Shown here piece by piece: positions 25,323 to 38,404 of a DNA stretch of 64,000 bases (position 1 is the stretch's first letter; each line of letters begins with the position of its first letter). Origin of the DNA: Octopus vulgaris (lineage: Eukaryota); assembly GCA_951406725.2 (NCBI GenBank), contig OX597819.1, forward strand, positions 91,450,001 to 91,514,000, read 5' to 3'. The translations under genes and the position numbers were made by a program. The notes beneath the pieces were generated by a model. That model worked only from the letters and a program-made list of their open reading frames with translations, had not been told where the DNA came from and searched no databases.

Positions 25323-28300
25323 GTTTGTTCACTTTAATACAAAATATATTTTTCTTCAATAAATTGTCTTAGAAAGCAATAATGGTCAGCACAAAATGTA
25401 CCAAAGAAAAATTTAGTTTGTAAGATGTAATATGAAATAGAATGCCAATGTGTTTCAGTGTTGTTGCTTTCTATGTTTATTATCTCTTGTTTATTATTCT
25501 TTACAGCTTTGTGCTTTCCTCTGTTACCCTCTCACCCCTATCACTGTTTTATTACTTACTCTTTTAACATCCTCTCATCCTTTCATTACCCCCTCCTCTG
25601 TTATTCTCTCACTTCAACCATTGTTTATCTTGTCTGTCTCTCACCTCCTTTGCCCACTCGCTCTTGTTCATCTTCTGTTCACCCTCTTGAACAATCTGAG
25701 ACAACCTAGAATAGAGATGGCTCATTAAATCTTGTGTGATATTAGGCAACATCACTAATACTGGTACCATGATAAAATGCACTCACTGCATTCTATAAAA
25801 TGGTTGGTGAATCCAGCAGAGTCATCAAGGGAGTGTGGTGTTTTAGTCATGCTGAAGACCGTGACACTCTCTCTTGTGGTTGTGCTATAAAATGTCTCCA
25901 GTACACTCTGTAAAGTGGTAACTGTTAGGAAGGACATCCACCTATAAATTCCATGCCAAAGAAAAGAACACACTAATATGACACAGTATCTTCCAACTGA
26001 TCTGGGAGGGTAGTAACTCAAAATAAGAATTTAACTGATTCATTATGACACATCCATTACTTGCCAGTATGAGAGCTGCCTTGACTGGCTTCTGTGCCAG
26101 TGGCATGTAAAAAGCACCAACTGATCGTGGCCGCTGCCAGACTCCACTAGCACGTAAAAAAAGTACCCACTACACTCACGGAGTGGTTGGCATTAGGAAG
26201 GGCATCCAGCTGTAGAAACACTGCCAGATCAGACTGGAGCCTGGTGCAGCCACCTGGCTTCCCAGACCCCGGTTGAACCGTCCAACCCGTGCTAGCACGG
26301 AAAACAGACGTTAAACGATGATGATGTGAAATGATGATGGTGAACAAATAAAAATGGGAAAAGTGAGAAAACAGGAATTACTACTTTAACTGCTAAAAAG
26401 TTCTTAATAACTTTTCATCATCTTGATTTTTCTGCTTTTTCTCTCTCCTTTGAAAAATACCTTCACTTAATTGCTTTCCTCCATTTTCTTTAGTTGTTTA
26501 AGAATGATTTCTTGTTGTCTACAGGTTGTTATAGTACACCTCGTTCTTTATTTTAATTCACTCTGTCTTTTCTTTTGTTACTTATCTACTACCATATATT
26601 TTTATGCTTTTATATAAAAGTTCTATTATTAGGACAGTATTGTTAGTTTGGTTTACTACATAGAAATATGTTAATGCACACTTTTCTGTTTTCCATGTGA
26701 CAGGCGTCCCTGGGTATTTCCCATCTATTCTTTGAAGTTATCATGCCACTAAGAAAACCTGTATATTCTTTCTTGACATCCCAAGATCTGGCAATAATGT
26801 TTAGACTAGGCTTTGTTGAGGAGGTCCAATAAGGCATTAACATGCTTGAAGTTGTCACTTTATGATCAAAAATCATTTCCTCTCCACTGCTTTCTCATTC
26901 TATTTTCAATTTGTAAATTTTATGGTACTTTCTCTTCCTTTCTTGTACAGAATTAGTCATGAAAATTATTCTCTCAGTGATGGAGCAATTTTAATTAATT
27001 AAAATGCTTCAGCTTGCTATATACATAGAGTAAGGTGGGCATTTACAGTATGTTTACCATAGATTTATTTTAAACCATTGACACGCAATCCTTTCTTGGT
27101 CCTAATTCCACTAAGAATACATTGCCAATGTGTTTAACCCTTTAGCTATATCTGGCCCAAATATTTTGCCTGTTTTGTGCTCAAACCAGCCAGATCTGGC
27201 CTCTCACACATCCTCTACAATGCCATTCTAAAAATAAATACTCACATCATTGAAATCTCGAAGCTATGAGATAATGTATGATTAATTCAAAACACTATAT
27301 TTGACAGAATAATCTGAATGCTAAAATGTTAAGTTAGTTTTTCAAAATAATGAAGAACCAAATAGGGGTTTTGTGAAATGACTGTAACTTTTAATTTATT
27401 GGAATATCAAACACTTCTTAGATATAATTTGATAATGTCGGAACTTTTACTTACATCTTGTATTTTAGGTTTTAATTTATAAATAACACTTTAATGCAGA
27501 TGGTTTCTAACAAGTTACTAAATTGTGTTCAGAGTGATGTTTAGGCCAGCTGGAATAAAACAAATTTAACCCTTTGGCACTTAAAGCAGCCGTATCCAGC
27601 TCAAATATTCTACCCAGGAATGGACTGAGAGTAGTAAGGGCCCACGGGCATAACTGTTCACCAGGCCCCTTGGCATTGATATCAAAGAGAGCTAACATGT
27701 AGTGTGTGGGCCCCTCAGAGCTCCAGGCCCTTAGGCAGTGCGCAATTGACCGATGGCTCAGTCTGCCCCTGATTCTGCCTGTTTTATTTTCAAACTAACC
27801 AGATTCAGCTTCTCACATCTACCACATAATATTATTCTAATAATAAACAATCACGTCATTGAACTCATGAAGCTTCAATGCCTGATTAATTCAAAACAAT
27901 GTGAATAATTAAGCATTAAATTTGAGCAATCAGAATGCTAAAGGTTTACAGATCTCAGTATTTATTCATTTTCTAGATAGCAAACAACTAGAATTAGCAT
28001 TTGATTTATAAAAGCTTCATAATTTGAGTTTATTTCAGACTTGTATTACATGCTCATATTACACTTTGTAACGTGATTTTTGTCTTTAAATAGCAACTGT
28101 TATTTCTTATATGCTTACCCTTACAAAGTATGAAAAAATGGCTAATATTTCCTTCAAACATGCTTCTCTTATATTTATTCAAACCTCAAAGAATCCCTCT
28201 CAACATATGGCTATGATACTCACCCCCACTACTCCTGCACATGATCAGAGATGCACATATTGTCAGCCACTAAGGGACATGCTCAACTGGTTATGATCAA

Positions 28301-28499
28301 GCAACTGACAAGCAAATCTGTGGTGTTGGGCAGAATATTTGCTACAACAATATTTCTGCTTCAGCAACTCAGTGCTAAATCTGTCTGAAATGTAATGGAA
28401 AATAGGTCAGTTTCAATATATTTATATCCAGGTCACAAAAGCCAAGTTTGAAGGGAATAATAGTAATTTCCTTTGATTTTGGTGGATTCTTCCTTTTCG

Positions 28500-29135
28500 C
28501 CTTCGACCCAGTGCGTCCATGCTGCCAACAAAGCACTCGGAGTTCTGTTTTTGATTCGACGGTCATTCGGAATGCTCACAGCAGCCATATTCCTACCACT
28601 CTATGTCACGCTGGTGAGACCCATATTGGAGTACGGGATTCAAGCTTCTTCTCCTTATCTCCTCAAAGACATACATCATCTCGAAAGAGTCCAGAAGCTG
28701 GCTACCCGCATGGTTCTTGGTCTCAAGCATTTGTCTTATGAAGAAAGGCTGAAGACGCTCGACCTTTATTCTCTAGAAAAACAACGCCGCCGTGGTGATC
28801 TCATTCTTGCTCACAACATCATAAGCGGAAAGTGTAACCTCTCAAAAGAGCTGTTCTTCACTCCTGCTCCAGAGCGTAGGCCGCGGGGTCACTCCGAAAA
28901 GCTCTATCTGCAACGATTTCATCTCAATTGAAGGAGAGGGGCTTTCTCTGTCCGGGTTGCGGATCCGTGGAATAAGCTGCCGGACGAGATAGTGAAGATG
29001 CCAACAACCGCTCGATTCAAAGTCTCTCTTGACCAGAAATGGCCTGAACTCTTTGCATGAACACCCCTGTACATAACTCCATGTCCCCCTACATGGCCTT
29101 GCTTTTTGCTTTTTTGAGCCAAAAAATTAACTTAA
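28500..29135 (+). mobile_element. CR1-clade LINE 3' fragment (C-terminal part of ORF2)
   Basis: LYVTLVRPILEYG...LERVQKLATR...YEERLKTLDLYSLEK.RRRGDLI...RGHSEKL...FSVRV..PWNKLP. Confidence 0.9.
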
Positions 29136-29325
29136 CACTTACTGACCAAAGACAAGAAATAATAAAAATTTTGATACACTGTTATTATTCTCATTGTTTT
29201 GATTTTAGATTTCACTTATTCCTATATCATGTTTGACTTAAAATTATTACTTGGTCATTATCTTATATCTGACTACGATTTTAATGACTATTATTTCTTT
29301 CTTGAACCATTTTAATCCTTCTTAG

Positions 29326-29408
29326 CTTGAACTGTTTACAAGAAGCTGTGAAGTTAATTGATGCTGAATACTTTCTTGGAAAAGCATGTTTGATTGTTCA
29401 TCAACCAG
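29326..29408 (+). CDS. CENPM: CENP-M exon 4 (LNCLQEAVKLIDAEYFLGKACLIVHQP)
   Basis: CTTCTTAG acceptor, GTGAGA donor; DAEYFLGKAC matches the CENP-M motif DASFFLGKVC. Confidence 0.95.
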
Positions 29409-31629
29409 GTGAGATTTTCTGTTGCTTAGTGTTATTGTCCATCTAGCATTGGAATATTGACTTACTCATTCCCTTAAAAGAACTATAATGACATGGATAG
29501 TTCAATATCGAGTCAAAACTATTGAAAAGGTTGCAAGACGCAACAAATATTTTAGGAAATTAAAAATAAGGAAAAAGTGGAAATTTTACTGGTGAGTGTG
29601 TTACATTATAAGGCACAAAAAGAAAATGACTCTCCCCAGACACAACAGAATATGCTTCAACACACAAACTCATAAAGAATCTTGCAAACCAAATCCAAAA
29701 ACGAAACATGATATTACAGTTTCAGTAAATGGTGATTCTCTCCATCAGGTTACAGGCATTATGATTACAGACGTTTTCTTCAGATTTTTCTTTGTTGTAA
29801 ATTCGTGTTCAAAGGTACAGGTGTGTAATTAAGAAATTTGCTTCTGTTAAAAACAGATCTGGTCATTGAAAATCAGTTTTCAGTAAACTCTGCCTGACCT
29901 ATGCAAGCATGGAAAAGTGGATGTTCAAATGATGAGGATTGTGTATTTGATATGGGGAAAAGCTATCCCTTGCTAAACTACCTCTCAGAACAAAAATTAA
30001 AACCAACATTACCAGCTAATGAAGCACTAATTATCACTGCTGCTGCTATTTGCAATCCTAAAAATTTCTCTTCCCTTGTGGCACTTATAGGTAAGTGTAA
30101 TGGGCCTTTTGAAGATGAAGTATCTTGAACATAGACACAATGCAGTGTTGGTTTTATGATGATGTGGACCATGTGGACCCCTGACCGTTAACTAGTTTCT
30201 GACACTCTATTGATTTGAATGTGTGTCTTTGTTTGTCTCCAACACCATTGCTTGACAACTGATGTTGGTGTGTTTACATCCCCATAACTTAGCAGTTCGG
30301 CAAAAGAGACTGACAGAATAAGTACTAGACTTAAAAAGAAAATATCCTAGCATCAGTTTCTTCAACTAAAGCCCTTTAAGGTGGTACTCCAGCATGGCTG
30401 CAGTCAAATGGGTGAAACAAATAAAAGAATAAATATATTGTAGATAGAGGCTTGTAGGTGCAGGCATGGCTGTGTGGTAAGAAGTTTGCTTCCCAACCAC
30501 ATGGTTGCAAGTTCAATCTCACTGCAAGACACTTTCAGCAAGTGTTGTCTACCATAGCTCCAGGTCAACCAAAGTCTTGTGAGTGAATTTGGTAGATAGA
30601 AACTGAAAGAAGCCTGTTGTGTGTGTGTCTGTGTTTGTTCACCATCCCACTAGACAACTGATGCTGGTTTCTTTACATCCCTGAAACTTAACAGTTTGGA
30701 AAAAAAAAAACTGATAGAATAAATACCAGGTTTGAGCTCATGTACTGGGGTTGATTTGTTCAGCTTCATCTTCTAGGTGGTGACCTAGCATGACCATAGT
30801 CCAATTTCTGAAACAAATAAAAGATTTTGTGTGTGCATGATGACTGAAAATTGTCACTATCGTCATCATCATCCTCATTAAGCATCTGCTTTCCATGCTG
30901 GCATGGTTTAGATGGTTTGACTGAAACTGATAAACTGGAGTGCTACACCAGGTTCCAATCTGATTTAGCATGGTTTCTATGGCTGGATGCCCTTCCTAAC
31001 ACCAACCACTTGAAGAGTATAATGGGTGCTTTTTACATGCCACCGGTACAGGTGTCGGTTACGTGACTCTGGCATTGGCCACAACTATGATTTCACTTGG
31101 CTTGACAAGTCTTCTCAAGTACAGCATATCACCAAAGGTCTCAGTCACTTATCATTCCCTCCGTGAGACCCAACGTTCGAAGTATGCTTTTTACGTGACA
31201 CTGCCATCGGCCACGACTACAGTTTCACTTAGTTTGATGGGTCCAATACAATTAAAATAAAATTGTATTCTTGACATAATGGAACCCAACCTACACACAG
31301 AGAGATAAAAATAAAAAACCTATCAGTAGAACTTTCCACCATCCTTAAATGCATTTTTAGTTATTTAGACATTTGACACACAATGCACTTGTACCAGTAC
31401 CATGTAAGTTGCACTTATGTCAGTGATACATAAATGCACCCATGCCAGTAGAATGTAAAAGGCACCCAGTATACTCTGTGAAGCGGATGGCATTAGGAAG
31501 GGCATCTAGCCCTAGAAACCATGCCAAAACAGACAATTGGAGCCTAGGTAGCTCTCCGACTGACCAACTCCTGTCAAACCATCCAACCCATGCCAGCATG
31601 GAAAACAAACATTAAACAATGATGATGAT

Positions 31630-31890
31630 ACACACACAGCTGAACATATTTTGAATAGAAAAGAAATCTGCTACTCAATTCAATAGGAATTTTGGGGAAA
31701 AATTTATCAATAGAATTTTCGACCATCCTTTAATCCATTTAACATATACACCCACACAGCTGAACATTTTGACTAGAAAAGAAATCTGCTATACAATTCA
31801 GTAAAATGTTTGACACAAGAAATCTGTTATACAATTCAATAGAGTTTTTGATACAATCTACTATTCAATTCAATAGAATTTTTTGACACT
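31630..31890. repeat. Degenerate 35-40 bp tandem repeats (AAGAAATCTGCTA..CAATTCAATAGAATTTT)
   Basis: At least four imperfect units; probably internal to an old non-autonomous element. Confidence 0.65.
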
Positions 31891-34072
31891 TGACTTCTTG
31901 AACCCCATTTCAAACCCCTACATAATAAACAAAATATAAAAGAAGAGACTTTATGAAAAATATCAAACACATTCTTAACTATGCACAGAATATGAGAACA
32001 AACTGTTTTTATTTTTAATTTCTAATTCTTGACTTTGGGTTTTTAATATTTGATTAGATGGACATACACATCAAAACTAGTAATATTTTATAAAGGTTAA
32101 TTCATCATCATCATCATCATCATCGTTTAGCGTCCGTTTTCCATGCTAGCATGGGTTGGACGGTTCTACTGGGGTCTGTGAAGCCAGAAGGCTTCCTCAG
32201 GCCCAGTCAAATCTGGCAGTGTTTTTACGGCTGGATGCCCTTCCTAATGCCAACCACTCCGTGAGTGTAGTGGGTGCTTTTTACGTGCCACCCGCACAGG
32301 TGCCAGACAGAGCTGGCAATTAATTTAATTAATTTAACAGATATAAAAATACTTATCCTGTCCTATTGAAGAAAAAAGTAAAAGGAATCTTTACTTCCAT
32401 GCTGTTTCTACTTTTATTTTTTACCCACAATCTTTGGTTTATATGTATTTTTAACCTTTTTTCAACTATATGTGTGTGTGTGTGTATGTATATGGGTTAA
32501 GGCTACCATTGGTTTCATGTTAAGAAATCCCTTAATTATCAAGTCTGCCACATGGAACATCAGTGCTCATCTTGGATTAATCCAACAAGTGGAAGCTTGA
32601 TAATCATTAAGGGATTTTTCTCTTAACATGAAACCAATGGTAGTCTTAACCCATAAATAAAGAGTTTTTATCCACCAATACAGTGTTGAGCACTCATTCT
32701 GATTGTTCGATATCAATGTGTGTGTATGTAGGTATGGCTGTGTTGGGGTAAGAAGTTCGCTTTCCAACCAGATGGTTTAGAGATCAGTCTCATTGCATGA
32801 CACCATGAGCAAGTGTCTTCTTCTATAGCCCTAAGTCAATTAAAGTCTCATAAGTGCATGTGATACATGGAAACCAAAATAAACTTGCCAGTACATGTGT
32901 CTCCTGTCTTGACATCAGATGACAATTGTAAGTAAGCTTCACTGTCATACAAATGGTGACATTTTTTACTAGTTTTCTTTGAAACCAAGTCTGGCCCAGG
33001 AGGAAATATGACCTTGCTGGGAAATAGGTGAGGGTTGATGACAAGAAGAGCATCTGGCTGTAGAAAATCTGCCTAAGCAAATTCTGTCTGACCGATACAC
33101 ACATGGAAATATGGACATTAAAATATTGATAATGAAGATGATGATATGTTATTTAATCTCCCTAGCAGCTGTGCCTCAATGAAATGCATTTGAGACACCC
33201 AGTAAAGTAGTTGGCAACAAAAAGGTCATCTAGCTATAGAAACTAAACCAAATGATAATGCCTACAAGCACCAGTTTTATGGGGGCTGTGGCTCTCAATG
33301 GAAAATTGCTTACTTGGACTGTGGCAATCCATCCAACTCATGTCAGCATGGAAAGCAAACATAAAATGGAGATGATGATTTTATATATATGTGTATGTGT
33401 GTTTATGTATATATACATACATGCATACATACATACAGGGTGGGCCTAATGTCATGTACAGAATAAGTTCAATATACTCCGGAATTGTTTTAATCAAACA
33501 AATTGATTTTTTTTTTAAGCTTGGTATATTCTGTTGGTCTCTTTTGCTAAATCGCTATGCTACAAAGGTGTAAACACACCAACACTGTTTGTCAATATAC
33601 ATACATATATACATATATATATAGGTATATATGTGTAGCACGCTTACTTATTTACCCACTTATCTCTCCATCCGTCCCTATTCTCTTTGTCTCTCGTATT
33701 CACCTCTTCAGCAAGACACCTGCTCCTGTACCTTCATATTCCATGGGACTATGCTCCACCTCAGTTGAGGGGACTTTTTTTGCAAGTACTTGGTGACCTC
33801 TCCAGTGCTGGTTCCATGAAAAAAGAACATAGTACAACTTTGTGAAGTGTTTGGCATTTGGAAGGGCATGCAGCTGTAGAAACCATGCCATAACAGCCAT
33901 TGAAGCTCAGCACAGCCTTCTTGTTCATCAGTTCCTGTTGAACCATCCCACCCATGTCAGCATGGAAAAAGGGTCATTAAACAATAACTGATACAATGGG
34001 TTTCCATACAGTTTCTGTGTACCAATTTCACTCACAAGACATTGATTGTTCTAAGGCTACAGTGGAAGATAC

Positions 34073-34474
34073 AGTACTTTTTTAGTTTTCTCATCCCCAT
34101 TAAAAAATTGGGTTATCGGGTTATCTCCCCACTAAAAATTCAAGTTAAGAATTTGGATTAAAAGAGTTAAATCGTTTTGATTCAGTACTTCAACACATTG
34201 TTGACGTTTGGCCTCCTCAATAGACATAGTATGATTTGTTATAAAAATATTATCAGATTCAATAAGATCTTTAATTTTTTTCAGTTTTGTATGATTTGTT
34301 ATAAAAATATTATCAGATTCAAAACGATGTTTCATCTCTTCACTTTTCATGTTTATTAACTTTTTTCATTTTTTTTTTCGTTTTATTGAGGGTTAAACAA
34401 TTTTTTTAATTGAAGGAGATAACCAAAAGTACAAATATATCTTGTAAAACGGGGGAAGATAAACAAAAAGTACT
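34073..34474. mobile_element. 402-bp MITE with 8-bp target-site duplication
   Basis: TSD GAAGATAC at 34065-34072 and 34475-34482; AGTACTTTTT/AAAAAGTACT termini; inserted in a family A SINE. Confidence 0.8.
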
Positions 34475-34707
34475 GAAGATACTTGTCCAAGGTTCCATTC
34501 AGTGGGCTAGAACTCAAAACTATGTGGTTGCGATGCAAACTCCGTATCCACAACAGTCATGCCTCTCCATTAATTCCAGGAATTTCAGTAATAAATACTG
34601 ATAGCTTAGCCTTTGTAACTATCAATTTTGATAGCTTATTTGTGTACTCACAACTTCTGTGATGTTTCAATAAAAAAAATCCTTCTTTTTTTTTCAATTT
34701 ACATCAG

Positions 34708-34799
34708 ATAATCATCCGAAGCTGTCTACCATTGAAATTGAATCCATTAAAGATATTGCAAAGATGTATAACTTAATAATAATTTATGGAAATATTGAG
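34708..34799 (+). CDS. CENPM: CENP-M exon 5 (DNHPKLSTIEIESIKDIAKMYNLIIIYGNIE)
   Basis: T-rich tract plus CAG acceptor, GTAGGT donor; phase 1 to 0 keeps the frame. Confidence 0.92.
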
Positions 34800-37700
34800 G
34801 TAGGTGCATATTTTTAAACAATTTATTACGTTCATCTTCCTTTATATACTTATTTAACCCTTTTAACATTCAGATTTCATTGTCAAATGCATTTCCTATT
34901 TATTCACATTGTTGTGAATTAATCCCACATTTTGTAGCTCCAAGGTTTCATTGGTGTGTTTGTACATTTTTAGAGTGACATTGTAGGGTCGGTGTGAGAT
35001 GTTGGATCTTTTACTCTTTTACTTGTTTCAGTCATTTGACTGTGGCCATGCTGGAGCACTGCCTTTAGTCGAAGAAATCGACCCCAGGACTTATTCTTTG
35101 TAAGCCTAGTACTTATTCTATCGGACTCTTTAGCCGAACAGCTAAGTTATGGGGACGTAAACACACCAGCATCGGTTGTCAAGCGATGTTGGGGGACAAA
35201 CAAAGACACACATACATATATATATATATACATACATACGACGGGCTTCTTCCAGTTTCCATCTACCAAATCCACTCACAAGGCTATGGTCAGCCCGAGG
35301 CTATAGTAGAAGATACTTGCCCAAGGTGCTACGCAATGAGACTAAACCCAGAACCATGTGGTTGGTAAGCAAGCTACTTACCACACAGCCACTCCTACGC
35401 CTGGTTAATCTTAACTTAAAACTGGTAGAATATTTGGGTGGGAGATGGCCAGATTAAATGCTAAGGATTTGAACTTTTTTTTTTTAAATCTGAAAATGGA
35501 AACATTTTCTTACTGATGTTCATTACCATATCCTTAAGTATTCTTTTATCCTTTTGCATTATTTTGAAGAGTTTAGCTTATCAAATCAATCCCAGAAATT
35601 AAATTACTTTCCGTCAAACTGCTAAGCTAAGGGAATGTATCAAACCTTTGTTAGTTGTCAACTTTTTCATGTGTGTATGGGTCAGGCAGAATTTGTTTAG
35701 ACAGATTTTCTACAGCCTGATGTCCTTCTGGTTATCACCCTTTACCCAGTTCCTGTTTCCCAGCAAGCTAATATTTCCCCTTGGCCAGACATGTTTTCAA
35801 GGGAGACTAGAAACATCTATATCTTTCATCCATGCTATGGATGTCTGAAAAAAGAAAACAGCTGGTCATGGCTAGAACACCTTTGATCAAAGCTGACCTG
35901 GTGCTAAACAACATCTAGGAACAATTGCAATAACACTTCGAACAATTGCAAGTACTACATTTAGCCAACTGAATGAAACAACAGCTTTGGCATACAAATA
36001 ATACAGTAGAGCCATCACAGACTATAATAATCCTACTAGGATCCCCAATCTTTCCACAACAAAGTACAAAATACATAAAATAATGCATTATGTTTTAGCA
36101 AATTGTACACAGACCAGCTGAACATATGAGTGGCACAATTAGTTGCTATAGTAAGTTAGAATTTCTACAGTATCTGTCACCATATGAAACACCAATGCCA
36201 AACACATCATCATCATATTTTCATCCACTTTCCATATTGGAATGGATTAGACGGTTTGATAGGAGCTAGGAAGTCAGAAGATTGCACCAAGCTCTACTGT
36301 CTGCTTTGGTATGGTTTTTATGACTGGATGGCCTTTCTAACACCAGCCATTTTACAACATGGACTGGGTGCTTTTTATGTGGCACCATCAGCAGTGAGGT
36401 CACCAAATAATTAACAAGACAAGACCTCTCAAATAAGGGAGGGTATAGTGTTGAGGGAGGTGGCTTTGTGCCAGATAAGAGGAGTGTGAGTAGAGGGACA
36501 GAAATAGACATCTCGCAGTAGGAGAGAAGAGAGAGAGAGAGAAAATGGGGACAATGTGATTAGGGACATGCTCAAGTTACAGGGAGTTGTATCCAGACAT
36601 ATATACAACACTTCAGAGCCCAACTACATTTAAACACAAATTTCCCTTCCATTCAACCCAGATAGGCATAAGCAATATATACACACACACACAGAAGGAT
36701 ATGAGACATTTTGGCATTCCATACAATGCTGAGTTATTCAACATCAGAAGTTTTAATGTTTCTCACATTCTATGCCTCCTCCCCCTCTCACTCTGTGAGC
36801 ATCTAGTTATGTTTGTATGTATGTGTAATGACACTCGATCTGGTTCATCATCATCATTAAACAGCTATTCTCCATGCAGGAATGGGTTGGATAGTTTGAC
36901 AAGAACTGGCCAGGCTCCATTTGTCAGTTTTGGCTTGGTTTCTATGGCTAGATTCCCTTCCTAGTGCCAAGCAATTTACGCAGTATACTGGCTGCTTTTT
37001 ACGTGACACCAGCACAGCTGCTTTATACCAGGCACCAGCATGGGTGCTTTACATGTGACACTGAAATGGGTGCTTTTTAAGTGGCACCAGCAATCACAAA
37101 CCTGTAAGACAAACCTTCACCCCACCCTGGCTGAGAGAGGGGATAGGAGGCATGGCTGTAAAAGACATTCCTGAATGTGTATATTATGCACAGGCATGTG
37201 TTTGTCTCCAGCACCTAGACATACTGTTGCCAAGATAGGTTGGATGTCCAGTCAGCTATGCTAAAGTGTCAGTGTCCAAACAGATGTGCCAAATCATTTC
37301 TGTCCACACAAGAGAAATAGTACCAGCATCAAGAACCTTGTTGACCAAGTCTATTCTACCTGTCCCCTCTGTGGCCAACATCTTTCAGTATACCTTATTC
37401 TTTTTCTGAGACAATAGGATGATTTTGGATGCTTTTTTGAGGAATTTAAGCCATAATAGTAATGGTAGAAGAGGCAGGGTGAGAGGGGAGGGTTCTTTCT
37501 AGCTCTCTTTCTGTCTCTGTGCCTCTTTTACATGTAGAGGTTCCTTTATTGCTGTGCAAGTTTCAGTGTTTTACTTGATGTCACAGTTAAATGTCAGTAA
37601 TACATTTAAAAGTGTATGGCTGGATGCCCTTCCTAATGCCAACCACTCCACAGAGTGCACTGGGTGTTTTTTATGTGTCACCACCAAAGCACCTGTGACG

Positions 37701-38126
37701 TGCCACATAGAAAGCACCCAGTACTCTCTGGAAAATGGCTGGCATTAGGAAATGCATCCAGTTGCAGAAACCAAGCCAAAATAGACTATGGAACCGGGTG
37801 TGGCCCATAGCACTACCAGTTCCTGTCAAGCCATCCAACCCATGCCAGCATGGAAAACAGACGTTAAATGATGATGACAATGATTATGATTACTACTGCT
37901 ACTACTACATCTCAGTAATACACTGTCAGAATTTGATTATATTACTGACATTACAATCTCAGTAGTGTCTTCATATTCTAGAAGTGTCAATGTTTGTTGG
38001 TAGTAAATGTGATACCATTGAGAAAGCACTTAATTGAAGGGATAATATATTAGATGTAATTATAACAACCTTTAAAAGTAATACCACTAACAGCCTCAAT
38101 ATATGTTTTTTTTCTTTTTTTTACAG

Positions 38127-38228
38127 ACCAGAGCTAATCATGTCTCCTGTCAAATTCTTCGAATTGTAGAAATATCTGCAGGATTCAAAAGTAATCTCCA
38201 AAGTATATTTTTATTGGCACTGACTTAA
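38127..38228 (+). CDS. CENPM: CENP-M exon 6, terminal (TRANHVSCQILRIVEISAGFKSNLQSIFLLALT*)
   Basis: Long T tract plus ACAG acceptor; QILRIVEISAG resembles human RLVRVLQICAG; TAA at 38226-38228. Confidence 0.93.
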   Translation, partial: TRANHVSCQILRIVEISAGFKSNLQSIFLLALT

Positions 38229-38398
38229 TATTTTGTATATATGATATTATTTAAAAGGAAATATTTCTGAATCAACATTTTGGACTTTCAATTGTAAATA
38301 GGATAAAAAAATCTGTATATAAGTATAATATATATTTGTTTATATATATGTAAGTAGAATAATAATTTTTTTCTTTTTTTAATTGCACTTTTGTAAGA

Positions 38399-38404
38399 AA
38401 TAAA
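38399..38404 (+). terminator. Candidate polyadenylation signal of CENP-M
   Basis: AATAAA about 170 nt after the stop, followed by T/GT-rich sequence. Confidence 0.55.
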
